Assembly: GCA_951406725.2 (NCBI GenBank)
Contig: OX597827.1
Coordinates: forward strand, 20,522,001 to 20,586,000
From: Octopus vulgaris
Lineage: Eukaryota
Direction of reading: 5' to 3'
Length of the DNA: 64,000 nucleotides
The notes below the pieces were generated by a model. That model was not told the DNA's origin, searched no databases, and saw only the letters and a list, made by a program, of their open reading frames with translations. Shown here piece after piece: positions 43,236 to 57,419 of this stretch (its first letter is position 1; the number at the start of each line of letters is the position of its first letter). A program made the position numbers and the translations under genes.

Positions 43236-43619
43236 ATTTCTTTATTGCCAATAAGGGCATCCATAGAAAAGCACAAATGAGGGCCCAGGGACAAACAACG
43301 GGCAGTCTTACAGAGGAAGGGGTAAAGGTGTTGGTGTTTTGAGGTTGAAGTATACGTGTGGAATTAGCTTGCTTATTGCTGGAAACAGCGATTGGCGTTA
43401 CTTTGAACAGTGCTCAAAGTAACCCTGCTGGATAATCAAAGTGTGTGTGTGTGGGGGGGACATGTCATGTTATACAAGGTTTTACAAAGATACCAAAGCT
43501 ACAAAAACACTTCAATAGAAAATTATTAACTATTATTAACGTCATATTATTAACGTCATAAACATGAAATCTGATGAAAACCGGTATGAAGTTAAAATAT
43601 ACTGAAATATATATATATA

Positions 43620-44796
43620 CTAGCAGTATCGCCCGGCGTTGCTCGGGTTGTAAGGGAAATTACTATATTAGCATTTTTAGAGAGTTATAGCCAAAAAATA
43701 GCAAAAAAATGCATTAAAAATTGAAAAAAAATTAAGGTAAATTTTTATTTTAAATCGTTGACACATCGTAGATATTTTTAGAGAGTTACTTCCCTTATAT
43801 AAAAGCGAAAAAAATGCATTCAAATGGAAAAATATGATGGTAAATTTTTTTTAAATCGTAGACTCATCGTAGACGCGCGCTAATACCCAGAAGGGCTCGA
43901 TATGAATCACGACTATAAGATACCCGCTTTTGGTTAAACTGCACCGCAAAATGTGGGAGTAGTTACGAATCTAAATCGAAGGGGACAGACACACAACTTC
44001 ACTCTTATATAAAGATGCTTTTTTTTTTCAGTCATAGAGTTAGATTTATGAAGGTCTTCAGTAGAAAATCCTTCGAATTCTGACTCGCTGCTTGATATAA
44101 TGAAATTCGTATCCATTTTTTGTCAGAATTACAAATTTTGAAAACACAATAGGAACAAATTTCGGAAAAAAATCTCCCATAATTCACGGAATTAAAATTA
44201 CACTTCGATTTTTGTACAAAACTGTATTTGAAGTGTTTACGAAGTATAATACGTGTTTTCACGAATGTACTAAAGAGATTTACTCTGATATTCTCATTTA
44301 AATATGAATAGGTAAATTCGGGCGGTTTGGTAACGAAAGGGTTTATATAAGTGTCGTCTGTTTATACATAAACACTGTTTCATACTTTCAGTTTAGTCTT
44401 CCTCAAATCATTCTGTCGCTAATTTACTCTCTTCCAAGAACATTTTCACTCACTCTTATCTGTTAGCTTGCCATACATTTTACTCATGTATCTATCAGCG
44501 TGATAGACAGAAACAAATATTACATCTAGTTTCACTTTATTCGTTGCACACTGTGTGTGTGCGTGTGCGTGTGGTGTAAACCACATTAAGAAAAGCATTT
44601 GACATACACACCAGAATGTGAGTTTTCTGTAAATTTTGCTTAATTGGAGTTTAAATTTTAAAAACTGGACCTGGCATGACCCGATGCATTCTACTCTTAA
44701 AAATGCTAGGTAAATTGTAATTGAAGAAATCCTATATTGTAGATTTCTATAAGTTACAAAGGGAGGCAGATAAAATCTGCCTTTTATAATAAGAGA
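43620..44796 (-). mobile_element. Non-autonomous Helitron (contains a shorter internal unit 43620-44015)
   Basis: Minus strand 5' a|TC ... hairpin CCCGAGCAACGCCGGG ... CTAG|t; inserted in (TA)n; absent from the duplicate copy at ~59260. Confidence 0.8.
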
Positions 44797-44809
44797 TATA
44801 TATATATAA

Positions 44810-45315
44810 CTAGCAGTATCGCCCGGCGTTGCTCGGGTTTGTAAGGGAAATAACTATATAAGCATTTTTAGAGAGTTACTTCCCTTATAAATTCGGGCTT
44901 TCTTAGCCATTTTTGTTTTGGTGTCTTCAAGCCATGAAGTCGTTGTTCTAAAAGAACGCTGGTTTCCTTCACAACGCATTACGACGTTGATTTCTTTACA
45001 CTCCCTTCCCCACAGCTTCACGAGGGAGGGAAGGGGGAGAAGCAAACAGGTGCAGCTGTGAGCGTGGACGCCAACTCCGCCGCCATCGACATACGATGCA
45101 TTTTATGCATTAAAATGGAATAAAAAATGATGTTAAATTATTTTTAAAATCGTAGACTCATCGTTGACGCGCGCTAATAGTCAGACGGGCTCGATATGAA
45201 TCACGACTATAAGATACCCGAATTTGGTTAAACTGCACCGCAAAATGTGGGAGGAGTTAGGAATCTAAATCGAAGGGGACAGACACTCACACAACTAGAG
45301 TTTTATATATATAGA
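44810..45315 (-). mobile_element. Second non-autonomous Helitron, in tandem
   Basis: Same CTAG 3' end with hairpin, TC 5' end, internal similarity to 43620-44015. Confidence 0.8.
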
Positions 45316-45320
45316 TATAT

Positions 45321-45379
<59 letters not shown>

Positions 45380-45419
45380 CACCGATACATACATATACAC
45401 ACATACATATATTCTACTT

Positions 45420-46530
45420 TTTGTGGTGTCTGTTCTTTCTCTTTCTTTTTTTCTTGTGGGGAAATGGGGATGGGTGGGTTTGGTGTCTGTATGGGTAGAA
45501 TGGGTCTGAGTGGTCTTGGATGGGATGGAGTTGGACTGAGGTACCACATCATACTCAGTGTCTTTTCTTTTTTCCTCTTTCTCCTTCTGCTCCCTGTAAC
45601 TTTCCATTCTTCCCCCTTTTCTCTTTTCCTCCGTCTGTATTTTCATCCTCTCTTTTCTTTTCCATCTCCAAAACTGTATCCTCAGCCATTGTCCTCTGTG
45701 GAGGGCAGTATGTTCTAATGTGGCCCTTTTGGCCACATTTAAAACAACGTAGTACTTTGCCCTGTACCCTCGCCCTCAGCACGATTACCTCCAATGTTAC
45801 CATCTCTGCCAAGTTCTTCAGGTGACCCTCCTCCGCCTGAATAATTAGTTGAAGTGTCCTTCCTTTCCACCCTCCTTCTTCTGTTTCTGTGGCTTGGGGG
45901 ACAGCCACCTTCTCCTCGCTTCCAACAAGGACAGCTGCCGCTACCCAAGCCACTTCTATATCCGGTGGATTTGCTTCTACCCTCACCTTGGAAGTCTTTC
46001 TTCCAAGGTATGTGGGCAGAAGCACTACTTCCTCTCTTTTCACCGCCACGCTCACCAGCCTCCTCGACTCCTCTACTGTCCTAAATTGGACGACCATTGT
46101 CCCATATCTCCTTCCTTTAGTTATGTATATTATTTCTTTCGACTTCTCCTTTAGCGCCTTTTCCGTTTCAGCTTCCACCTGCTCGGCCTTTTTTCCTTTT
46201 AACGAGAACACCTTATAGGTGATCGTTTTTCTCTACATCCACTCCATAATTCCTTTGGTGGACGACAACCTCACGTCCCCTCCCACCTTCTGTACCATCT
46301 TCTCATACTCCTTCAGACCAGCCAAGTCCAACTCTCTTCCTTTCATCTCCGTAACCTCAGCAAAACTCCTTGTCTTCTCCAACACTTCGTCCATTTTTTT
46401 ACCGCCCTTACCAGTTCCTCTTCTGTTGAAGACAACTCAGACCCGCTTAAAGTCTGAGTACGTTGTCTCTATCCTTAAAGCAGCAACAAAAACCAACGTC
46501 CGACACAAACGACAAACCAAATGCACTCTG
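45420..46530 (-). pseudogene. Tx1/L1-like ORF1 (gag-like, CCHC zinc knuckle) fragment with 5' leader
   Basis: CFKCGQKGHIRTYC = CX2CX4HX4C; upstream frame disrupted. Confidence 0.7.
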
Positions 46531-46544
46531 GGTGACACATGCAT

Positions 46545-47170
46545 GTAAGCAAGCTACTTACCACACGTGGAAAAAGCTGCTTGGCATGCGGTGACCACAC
46601 CTGCTCACCATCCAGGTAGCGCGGGAGGTGTCTCAGCCTCAATGCATGCTTGCGCATCATCAGGCAAGGCATCCCCAGTTCACCCTTTAACGGTTTTTGA
46701 CAGCAGATGTAGTGCCTCATAAGTGGCGATTTCCTTGTTCACAAAAAACTGAAAAGGATCCGTTCCATCTTGGTCATCCACAAACTGGGGCAAGACACGA
46801 CTTTCAGGCGGTAGGTTATCACAGCTGCTATAAACACCTGTGCAACCTTGGCCCTCCCTAGCAAGGATAATAGCCTCCCAGACCAGGTGATGGTTATGGC
46901 CGTCGCCTTACTCGCTACCTCACTCCAGTTCTTCTCCACCTGGAGATCTGATGCAAACCAGATTATGAGCAATTTAACCAGGCCCTCCGTCCAGCGTCCG
47001 ACAATGCTATCAGGAGGCATCGACTCGCCCCGCTAGGTTCCAAGATGCAAGTCGACTGATTCTTCCTGGTTAATTTTTGCCCCTGCCACCGCTTCGTATC
47101 CCTTGATGAAGTCTTCTACACGAGGTAGTTGCCCTTCATCAGATACGATGACGGTAATATCATCCACATC
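46545..47170 (-). pseudogene. Tx1/L1-like ORF2 reverse transcriptase fragment
   Basis: VDDITVIVSD..YEAVAGAKINQEES..WSGRLLSLLGRAKV..GGLGMP with stops and frameshifts. Confidence 0.8.
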
Positions 47171-47229
47171 TTTCTCTCTCACACACGTGCGCGCACAGAC
47201 ACAAAAAATCCTTATTTTGCTTTAACATC

Positions 47230-48180
47230 ATGACTCTATGCAACTGTTGCAATATCACTCTTTATGGAGAAGTTCTCCGTTTCCACGGTAAAAGTAATAC
47301 TGCCATTACATTTTTCATGGAACACCGTGTCCTGCCGTTTACCCACAATTCTCCTACATGTAATTTTCCATGCATTTTGCGCAAGGAAACGAATATTGGC
47401 ATTGCCATAGGAAGGTACGAGGACGTCGCCAATCCAGAAGGGAGTGTGGATATTCTGAATCTTCATTAAAGAAAGCCTTTCTGGAAAACACCCATGTTCC
47501 GCCTTGGAAGATTTTGCTTTTCGTGAATCATTTCCTCAGCACAGCTTGGTCGCACACATTAATCGAGGTAAATCTCGGATTCTGCCGTAAAACCTCTAGA
47601 TTGGCGGTCTTTTTGTGCTGAGGTCTGCAAGTTTTAGGCAGAAAAACCACCAAAATATGATCGGAGGAGATGGGGTTGAAATTGAGATCAATGAAACGGT
47701 TCTGGTCCATCGAAAATATCAACGCAGCAGAATAACCAAAACGGTTTTGCTTTTTGTGGACTGAAACGCTTGACGAAGAGAGCATTTATGGTCCCACTTT
47801 TGACCGAATGTGGCGAGGGCAACAGAAGTGATGCTGACATCCTCATTCCTGTCATTAGATGCTACGTCAGGCCGGGATCAATAATTCATAGTGACTTTTG
47901 GCGTGCGTATAGTAACTTGAGCAGCATGGGTTATACACACTATCAGGTTAATCACGCTGAACACTTTGTGGATCCTCCATTACCCAGCTATTCACACTCA
48001 GAATATTGAGCGTTTATGGGGAAGCCTGAATAAAGTGCATTGTTCGTCCTGGAATGAGACCGAAGTATCTCAAACAGTATGTCCGTTAGGTTACTTTTTA
48101 TACGAGCCAACTCACCGCCAACTCAGCGATTTCGAGAAGTTTCTTTTGGAAGCTGGAAGACTGTACCCATGTTCTTGAGG
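47230..48180 (+). pseudogene. Merlin (IS1595/ISXO2-like) DDE transposase pseudogene
   Basis: GDGVEIEINET..RKYQR..IIHSDFWRAYSNL..HYQVNHAEHFVDP..HTQNIERLW; frameshifted; first catalytic D reads N. Confidence 0.85.
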
Positions 48181-48437
48181 ACAGAAGAATTGGTTCTTGA
48201 TGTTCAATCACCCTTAACTTTTTTTCTATCATGAAACGATATCAACACCATATTTATGAAACCATAAAGTGCACTTCCACACAATTCATATAAAAAAACC
48301 ACGTCGGATTTCTCGCATGTAATCACTTACCCCGACCTCCTAATGTGCTGCAAACCCCCTTATTTTTCTTTCAAAAAAGATGGGGTAGGAAACTGGAACC
48401 CCACCTCTCTGAAATTATTCGAAAAAGTGCATAAATA

Positions 48438-48504
<67 letters not shown>

Positions 48505-48555
48505 GCAAGCCAAAAAATAAAAAAAAACATAAAGGACAAAACACACCTATACTCA

Positions 48556-50240
<1,685 letters not shown>

Positions 50241-50699
50241 ACAGGTCAAGATGTAAGTATTAACCCTTTTTCTTCTATATATTTCAATTGGTATTTCTCT
50301 AAATGTGCTGTGTTATATTTCACTCAGGAATTATTCAAAGTCTTATTTTTTCGATCGAAAATTGCAGTTATTTTAGAAATTTCGTAAAATGAACGTGTTG
50401 TTATTTTCAGCAAACGATTCTTCCTGTTCAATATATTTCAAGTAGTATTTCTTCAAATGTGTTCTTTATCACTCAGGAATACATTTTGAGCTCTTTTTTT
50501 GTTCTTTTTTTTTTTTTTTTTTTTTTGCAATAGAAATCACAGCATTTTAGAAATTTCTTAGCGATTTTCTTGTTAGGAAGTGTATCCATGTGTAGAAACC
50601 AAGCCAAATCAGACAACTGGAGCCTTGTACAGCTCTCCAGATTATCAGCTTCAGTCAAACCGTCTAATTCATGTCAGCGTGGAAAACGGATGTTAAATC

Positions 50700-50738
<39 letters not shown>

Positions 50739-51337
50739 TTGATGATGATGATGATGATGATGATGATGTGTGTGTGTGTGTATGCACACACACATGCAAA
50801 TATATATAATCTTTATTAGATATGATATTGTAGCTATTTCAAGCAACTGGCTTCTGCTTGAAAGAGCTTGTAATGTGGTTCATCATCATCACCACCACCA
50901 CCACCACCACCATCATCATCTTCTTCATCTTCTTCTTCATCTTATTCATCTTCATCATCTTCTTCATCATCTTCTTCTTGAATATACTCCATATATGCAG
51001 AATATTGCATGAATGAGACATATGGAATTATACCGAAACATATTAGAAAACCTTTGCTGTAAAATTATAATTATAATAACAATCAGTTGATTAATTTCAT
51101 GCTAATTCATTTTATATATAATTATTTATTAATTAATGGGAAGTCATCAGAAACCCAGCATGTTCGTTAGTGACAGATCACTTTTATTTAAATACTCTGT
51201 GTTAACATTCAAGAAAGAAAATCAAGGAGTATGTCTTTTCTGATGATGGATCAATTAATTGTTAAACAATCAGGTGACTCATTTAAATTTTTCTGCAAAT
51301 GAATGATTGAGAGGAAATGTATTTACATCCTGTACTT

Positions 51338-51353
51338 AATAATAATAATAATA

Positions 51354-51403
<50 letters not shown>

Positions 51404-51874
51404 AAGAATAATGATAATAATGATACTGATAATAATAATAATGATAATAATAATAATGATAATGATAATAATGATAATGATAATAATAATAATGATAATA
51501 ATAATAATGATAATGATGATAATAATAATGATAATAATAATAATGATAATGATGATAATAATAATAATAATGATAATAATATTAATGATAATAATAATAA
51601 TGATAATAATAATAATGATAATGATGATAATAATAATGATAATAATAATAATGATAATGATGATAATAATAATAATAATGATAATAATATTAATGATAAT
51701 AATAATAATGATAATAATAATAATGATAATAATAATAATAATAATGATAATAATAATAATGATAATAATAATAATGATAATGATGATAATAATAATAATG
51801 ATAATAATATTAATGATAATAATAATGATAATAATGATAATGATAATAATAATAATGATAATAATGATAATAAT
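51338..51874. repeat. Long compound (AAT/GAT)n microsatellite
   Basis: Directly visible; source of the spurious poly-N/D/I/L ORFs. Confidence 0.95.
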
Positions 51875-51879
51875 AAAAA

Positions 51880-52195
51880 TGGCTCAGTAGTAAGTGTGTC
51901 AGGCTCACAATCAGGAAGTAGTGAATTTGATTGCCAGACTTGGCTGTGTGTTGTGTTCTTGAGCAACACACTTAACTTCGCATTGCTCCAGTTCACTCAA
52001 CTGTAAAAATGAGTTGCGACATCACTGTTGCCAAGCTGTATTGGCCCCTTTGCCTTTCCCTTAGAAAACATCATCGGTGTGGAGGGGGGAGGCTTGTATG
52101 CATGGGCAACTACTGGTCTTCCATAATCAATCTTGCCCAGACTTGTGTGCCTCGGCAGGGAACTTTCTAGGTGCAATCCCATGGTCATTCATGAT
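51880..52195 (+). mobile_element. tRNA-derived SINE
   Basis: TGGCTCAGTAGTAAG A box, decayed B box and CTTGAGCAACACACTT body; 3' part also seen reversed at ~57420-57540. Confidence 0.65.
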
Positions 52196-52260
52196 AAATT
52201 ATTATATAGAATTAATTTCAGAGTTATGGCTAATACATGTGTGTGTGTGAATGTATGTAG

Positions 52261-52317
<57 letters not shown>

Positions 52318-53611
52318 ATGAAAGAAAGTACTCATCACATCAAGTGAATAGATTTCTCTCCCTTGGTTATTGATGTTGCTAGTTATCTCCCTTATTAAGG
52401 CCAACTTGGAGGGAAAATGTCCCGGCTCTCCAACCGTGACATTTACGGCTTTTCTCTTTTTGTTTTCAAATACAGTTTTAATTGAAACACTATCTAATGT
52501 AGCCTTCCATTTTTAGGCATAACTACAGATGTGTACCCCGCCTCACACCGACTTTGTTGCCTCATAACTTCCAGAAAAATGGATTCTTTTTAACGAAATT
52601 TTCAACAAATGTAGTTTAGCTTTAGAAAATAAAGAAATTTATGGAAAATAATTTTTCCGAGAAGAGCTTCGGAAAAGTCACACGATCTGACTTTTTCCTC
52701 TCACAACTTTCAGGGAAATGGATATCTTTTAGTGAAATTTTATACAAATATCTTTCAAGGAGCGTAGATTATGATTATAAAGAAATTTGTGGTGAATTTT
52801 TTTCCGAGGTGGCGGGAAGGGGAGTTTCGGATCAGGAAGACCAAATAACTGGGAACTACTCCGTTTTGACGGGGATTTTTCCCCATATCTTTTTTTTAAA
52901 CCATAACCTTCGAAATGATGGGGCATCATTTTATGGAAAAAAATGTTTTTGAAATTTTTGGAATTTTTTGTACACCCCCACCTCAATCCGGACAGATTTT
53001 GGCCAATTTTTTTTGTACTTGAAAACCATGGGAAGAGTTTTTTCGGTAAAAAAAAATATTTAAAGAATTGTTAATATTTTTAGAGGAAAAGTGAGTCATT
53101 TAAGGGAGATTTGGCTGTTGTTTCTAGCATATCCTAGGACAACTCTCATCGTTTCTTTCTCACTCGAATTTATTGATGTTTTTCAATATTTTTCTCTCCA
53201 TAAATACATTTATATGTATAAGAAAAAAGAAAATTATAGAAAAGATATTTTTTCTTTGCAACCTCGCTCCCTTCCCCCGATTGTTTCTGTTTATGATTTG
53301 AACTATTGGAGAGGCTGAGAAGGTCATTGCTGGCATTTATCCACAGTGATTTAAAAATAGAATTATGTAAACGATCATTCGTTTTAATAGCATACTCTTC
53401 TGTTAGAAAATGTTTTTTTCTTACACACAATTCCACCAATGTGTTACTTCGGCATTATCATTCCATAAAATGTGTTTAATGGGAGAAAAATATTGAAAAA
53501 AAAAATGACAGTATATGCGTGAGTGAAAATGGAGGGTGGTTTGGGATGTGCTAGAGACAACAGCCAAATCTCCTTTTCCTTTGGGATTATTTAGTATATT
53601 TTTTGTTACCG

Positions 53612-54031
53612 AAAACGGATCTTTTCGGTTTGAACGGCAGTTTTTAACATAATTTCTAGGTAACTAAAAAATTTTAAACTTCGTATACTGGTAGAATGTG
53701 TTTATAAAACATCTTTTTCTCTTGACTTTATTGAGAAAATTCTATAGTTTGTAAGATATTGGTTGTTTTTTTCTTCAATTTCTGCAATTTCAACCAATCA
53801 CTGACGTCTATTGAGATAAAAAAACATTCTGTGCCGTATGAATATGTCCCTCGTTTAAGAAACAGTAACAGATTGGGTTTATTTACATTTCTGAAGAAAA
53901 ACAGGTACCCTTCCCCCACCCCTAACCCTAACCTTAAAAGAGATTGAAATCCAATAGATCGATTCTATGGGTAACAATTTCATATGACACCGCTAGAAAA
54001 AACTGCCGTTCAAACCGAAAAGATCCGTTTT
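53612..54031. mobile_element. MITE-like element with ~33-bp TIRs and internal CCCTAA repeats
   Basis: AAAACGGATCTTTTCGGTTTGAACGGCAGTTTTT / AAAAACTGCCGTTCAAACCGAAAAGATCCGTTTT; no TSD identified. Confidence 0.7.
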
Positions 54032-54420
54032 TTGTTTTTTCTTGTAAGAAAATAGTTCCTTGCAGATGCTGAAATGATATATGGGGACTGTAAACATGTA
54101 TAATTAGTATTTATTAGAAGTTCCAAAGTTGATGGTAGCAGAGAGTGAAAGAGAAAACGGTTATCCTTTACTCGTTAGAACAAGTATGTGAAAATAGAGT
54201 ATAAAAGAATGATGGAAATTAAAAGTAAATTAACTGTGGTTTTATTTAATCGCCAGTACTTCTGTATTTATTAATTTGAAATTAATGGGTCCTTTTGTTC
54301 TTTTTAATTTTGCCGGAAAAGTCTAACCATCTTCGTGGGATGTTTTTTTTAATAACCAGAAGTCTCTCCCCACCTCCCCTGACTAACTTCTACAGTATTG
54401 CCCCCCTGTCTTCTCAATCC

Positions 54421-54879
54421 ACATTATTTACATTTGACGGATATTTGTCCTCATCTTGTTTGTTGTTAACACAACGTTTCGGCTGATATATTCTCTAGCC
54501 ATCATCAGGTGTCTTGGGGAAATTTCGAACCTGGGTTCTCATTACTAAGGTATTTTTCGATGTTGTTGTTGTTATTATTATTATGCCATATGCCCACGGG
54601 TATATAACGTAGTGGTTAAGAGTGCGGGCTACTAACCCCAAGATTCTGAGTTCGATTCAAAGCGGTGACCTGAATAATAATAATAATAATAATAACAACA
54701 ACAACAACGACATCGAAAAATACCTTAGGAATGAGAACTCAGGTTCGAAATTTCCCCAAGACACCTGATGAAGGCTGGAGGGTGTATCAGCCGAAACGTG
54801 TTAACAACGAAGATGAGGACAAATATCTGTCAAATGTAAATAATGTACATAATTCCTCATCTCTTAAATATAGAACTGT
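54421..54879 (+). mobile_element. tRNA-headed hammerhead retroelement with inverted 5' arm (same family as 11626-12114)
   Basis: Inverted arm 54421-54583; tRNA-like head 54598-54670 (A box TAACGTAGTGG, B box GAGTTCGATTC); (AAT)n(AAC)n; hammerhead motif 54760-54802; tail TCCTCATCTCTTAAATATAGAACTGT identical to the other copy. Confidence 0.8.
54468..54513 (-). ncRNA. Minimal type I hammerhead ribozyme
   Basis: GACAC-CUGAUGA-U-GGCU..AGCC-GAAA-CG-UU-GUGUU: stem I GACAC/GUGUU, stem II, palindromic ACGU stem III. Confidence 0.7.
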
Positions 54880-57051
54880 ACACAATATTTATTACTGAAA
54901 ATATTCATCTGAGAAGTATCAGAAAATCACTGTATTCTATGGCACCCAAGTGGTTGCCAGTTTGAGTTACATCAAACTTCTGCTTGAAAAGTTCAAAAGT
55001 TCTTTGCAATTGTATTTTAATTTCGTCAAATAATTGAATGTTTCCTATTTGTTTTCCAATCTTTTTGACTGATTTTTAATGGCAGCCTGCACAACACTGG
55101 ACTAAAATATGTTGGGAATACCCCACCCCATTTCATCCCAAGTACTCTTCCAACAGGTTTACACATACAAGGAATTCACAAACCATTTCATGTTGCTTCC
55201 GTTTATTCACCTGAAAGTAATTACCAGTGGTCTACTGGGACAGCTGTCTCTCACTCCAGTGTCACACAGTTTTGATGTGCATTCACCAGGACAAATCCTC
55301 AGTCGTAGGGTTACTAGTGTTTGCAATGACATTAAAAGATCTTGTCTTCTGTTTATGTTCAGGAAGAAGATGTTACAATAACTCTTGATATGGGCAGTGA
55401 TTGTGTCTTTTGTGCTATTGGAGGAGATGAGATTGGCATGAAGATTGGGGCCATTGTGGGAAATGATGGTAAGCAGACCCTTAATGTATACAAGAAAACT
55501 GTTGGAGAGAACAGTAAATCTAGAGGCACAGCTGAGTGAATAGTATGGAAGAGAGAGAGAGAGAGAGAGAGAGCTCTGTCTGGATCTCCTGTAATAGTGT
55601 GGTCTTGTGTCTGTTTCGCTGTTGAGTGGTCAGTATTAATACTGGTCATCAACTACCAAAAAATAATGACTGAAATGATCCAAGGAGAAAGCCTCTACAT
55701 GGACAGTAGGGTGTTAGAAGTACTAGCCAAATCTCCCTCATTTCATTCTCTACTGTCTTTAGAAGGAAGGAAGATATTTTAGCTAGTTTTGTGAAATAAA
55801 GTGTCTGAAAAGATGGGAAGGTCAAACCTAACATGTTTGATCATAAGTCTATTTGACTTGGGCCGACCTTGGGCTAAAGAACAACCACCTAAACACACTT
55901 ATCTCATCCATACAAACATCAAAAAGTGTAAAAAAAAAAGGAAAATATTACTTGGTGAGGGTCCATGACCTAGTAGTTGGTATGTTGGCTTCATAGTCCT
56001 AAGATCAAGGTTTTGATTCATGAACTGGGAAGTACATCGTTCTTGAGCAAGGTTCTTCATTTCACATTGCTTGTACTGGTCAGCTGTCTGCCAGATACCT
56101 CTTCCTGACAGGGTATTAGTGTCCTCTTGTGACTCTGTAGGCACCTAAACCCCAGTTGGTGAAAGCATGGTGCTTACTTGCGAGCAATGGTTATGTTGCT
56201 GTTCAGTGACTAAAAGAATCAGGACTGAGTTACTTTTGATGCAATTTCAGAATTCCTCTCAGGGGTAGGTTCATGTGTTTCTCTTACTCTTTTGTGATTC
56301 TCTATTCCAACATTAATTACTGCCTTCAATTAAATTTGGAAAAATATTTTATGTTGGAGAAAATGTGCAAGCAAAGCTGTGTAGTTAAGAAGTTTGCTTC
56401 CCAGCCATATGGTTTTGGGTTCAATCCCTCTGCTTGGCACCTTGACCAAATGTATCCTACTTTGACCTGGGACCAACCAAGGCCTTGTGAATGGATTTAG
56501 TAGATAGAAACTGAAAGCTTTCTATATGTATATATATATATATCTAACGGCTCCTTTGTTTCCAAATATGTTAACACATACACACACACACACAAAAAAA
56601 GGTAAAAACAAAATTACACATACACATGTAACATTTAAAAAAAAGATATTAACATACTTCGCATAAATAAACGAATGTTGATATGTTGAGTCTGTCAGTG
56701 ATCACTCGATCAATTAAGATGTAATTCCATTTTGTGTCGGTTTCTCATCCTGAAGAAATATTCAACTCACTATATTCAAAATGCATCTTTAATTTAATTT
56801 TTGTAATTTGAATGATTTGGAAATTATTGTAGGTAACATGAAATTGACAACGTGTTATAAATTGACGTTTATCTGTCAAACTCACCATTTTGCTTCTGAT
56901 ATACAAAAATGAAAATGTACACATTTGTATCAAAATAAAACTAATGTCTTTTTTAATATTTCACCGATATATAAGATTAAATTGGGGAGACTTGGATGCT
57001 AACATTCCTTCAAGAGGTAGCTATATCCTCACAATAACAAATATCTATCTA

Positions 57052-57082
<31 letters not shown>

Positions 57083-57090
<8 letters not shown>

Positions 57091-57381
57091 GGAGTTGAAC
57101 GAAAACGTTATTAAAATTCTTTTACTTTCAACATATGTTTCGAAGACAACATGGTTTTATTCCAAAGGAATAATGTCGAAAGTAAAAGAATTTTAATAAC
57201 ATCTTCGTTCAACTCCATTTATTTATTTATTTATTTATAATACACAAATTACTGCACATAAACCCGGAGTTTGTACCTTTGAATAGGTCGCTTCAACCGT
57301 GTTACTGGTTTTGCCACCCTGGTAACTGTTTATTGAATTTTTCATGTTAATGGTAAACAAAAGATAATTCATTCATCCATT

Positions 57382-57385
<4 letters not shown>
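57083..57385 (+). mobile_element. Fold-back copy of the (TA)n-associated hammerhead element family
   Basis: Inverted arms 57083-57133 / 57172-57225; partial hammerhead GTCTTCGAAACATATG on minus; tail homologous to the reverse complement of 59340-59500. Confidence 0.65.

Positions 57386-57419
<34 letters not shown>

Noticed and set aside
43571-43580. CTGATGAAAA as another hammerhead
   Set aside because: No stem II or downstream GAAA/NUH arrangement
51283-52006. Long ORFs of 195-237 aa
   Set aside because: Translations of an (AAT/GAT)n microsatellite
54598-54670. Functional tRNA gene
   Set aside because: Acceptor, anticodon and T stems pair poorly, and it is embedded in a repeat; treated as a SINE-like head
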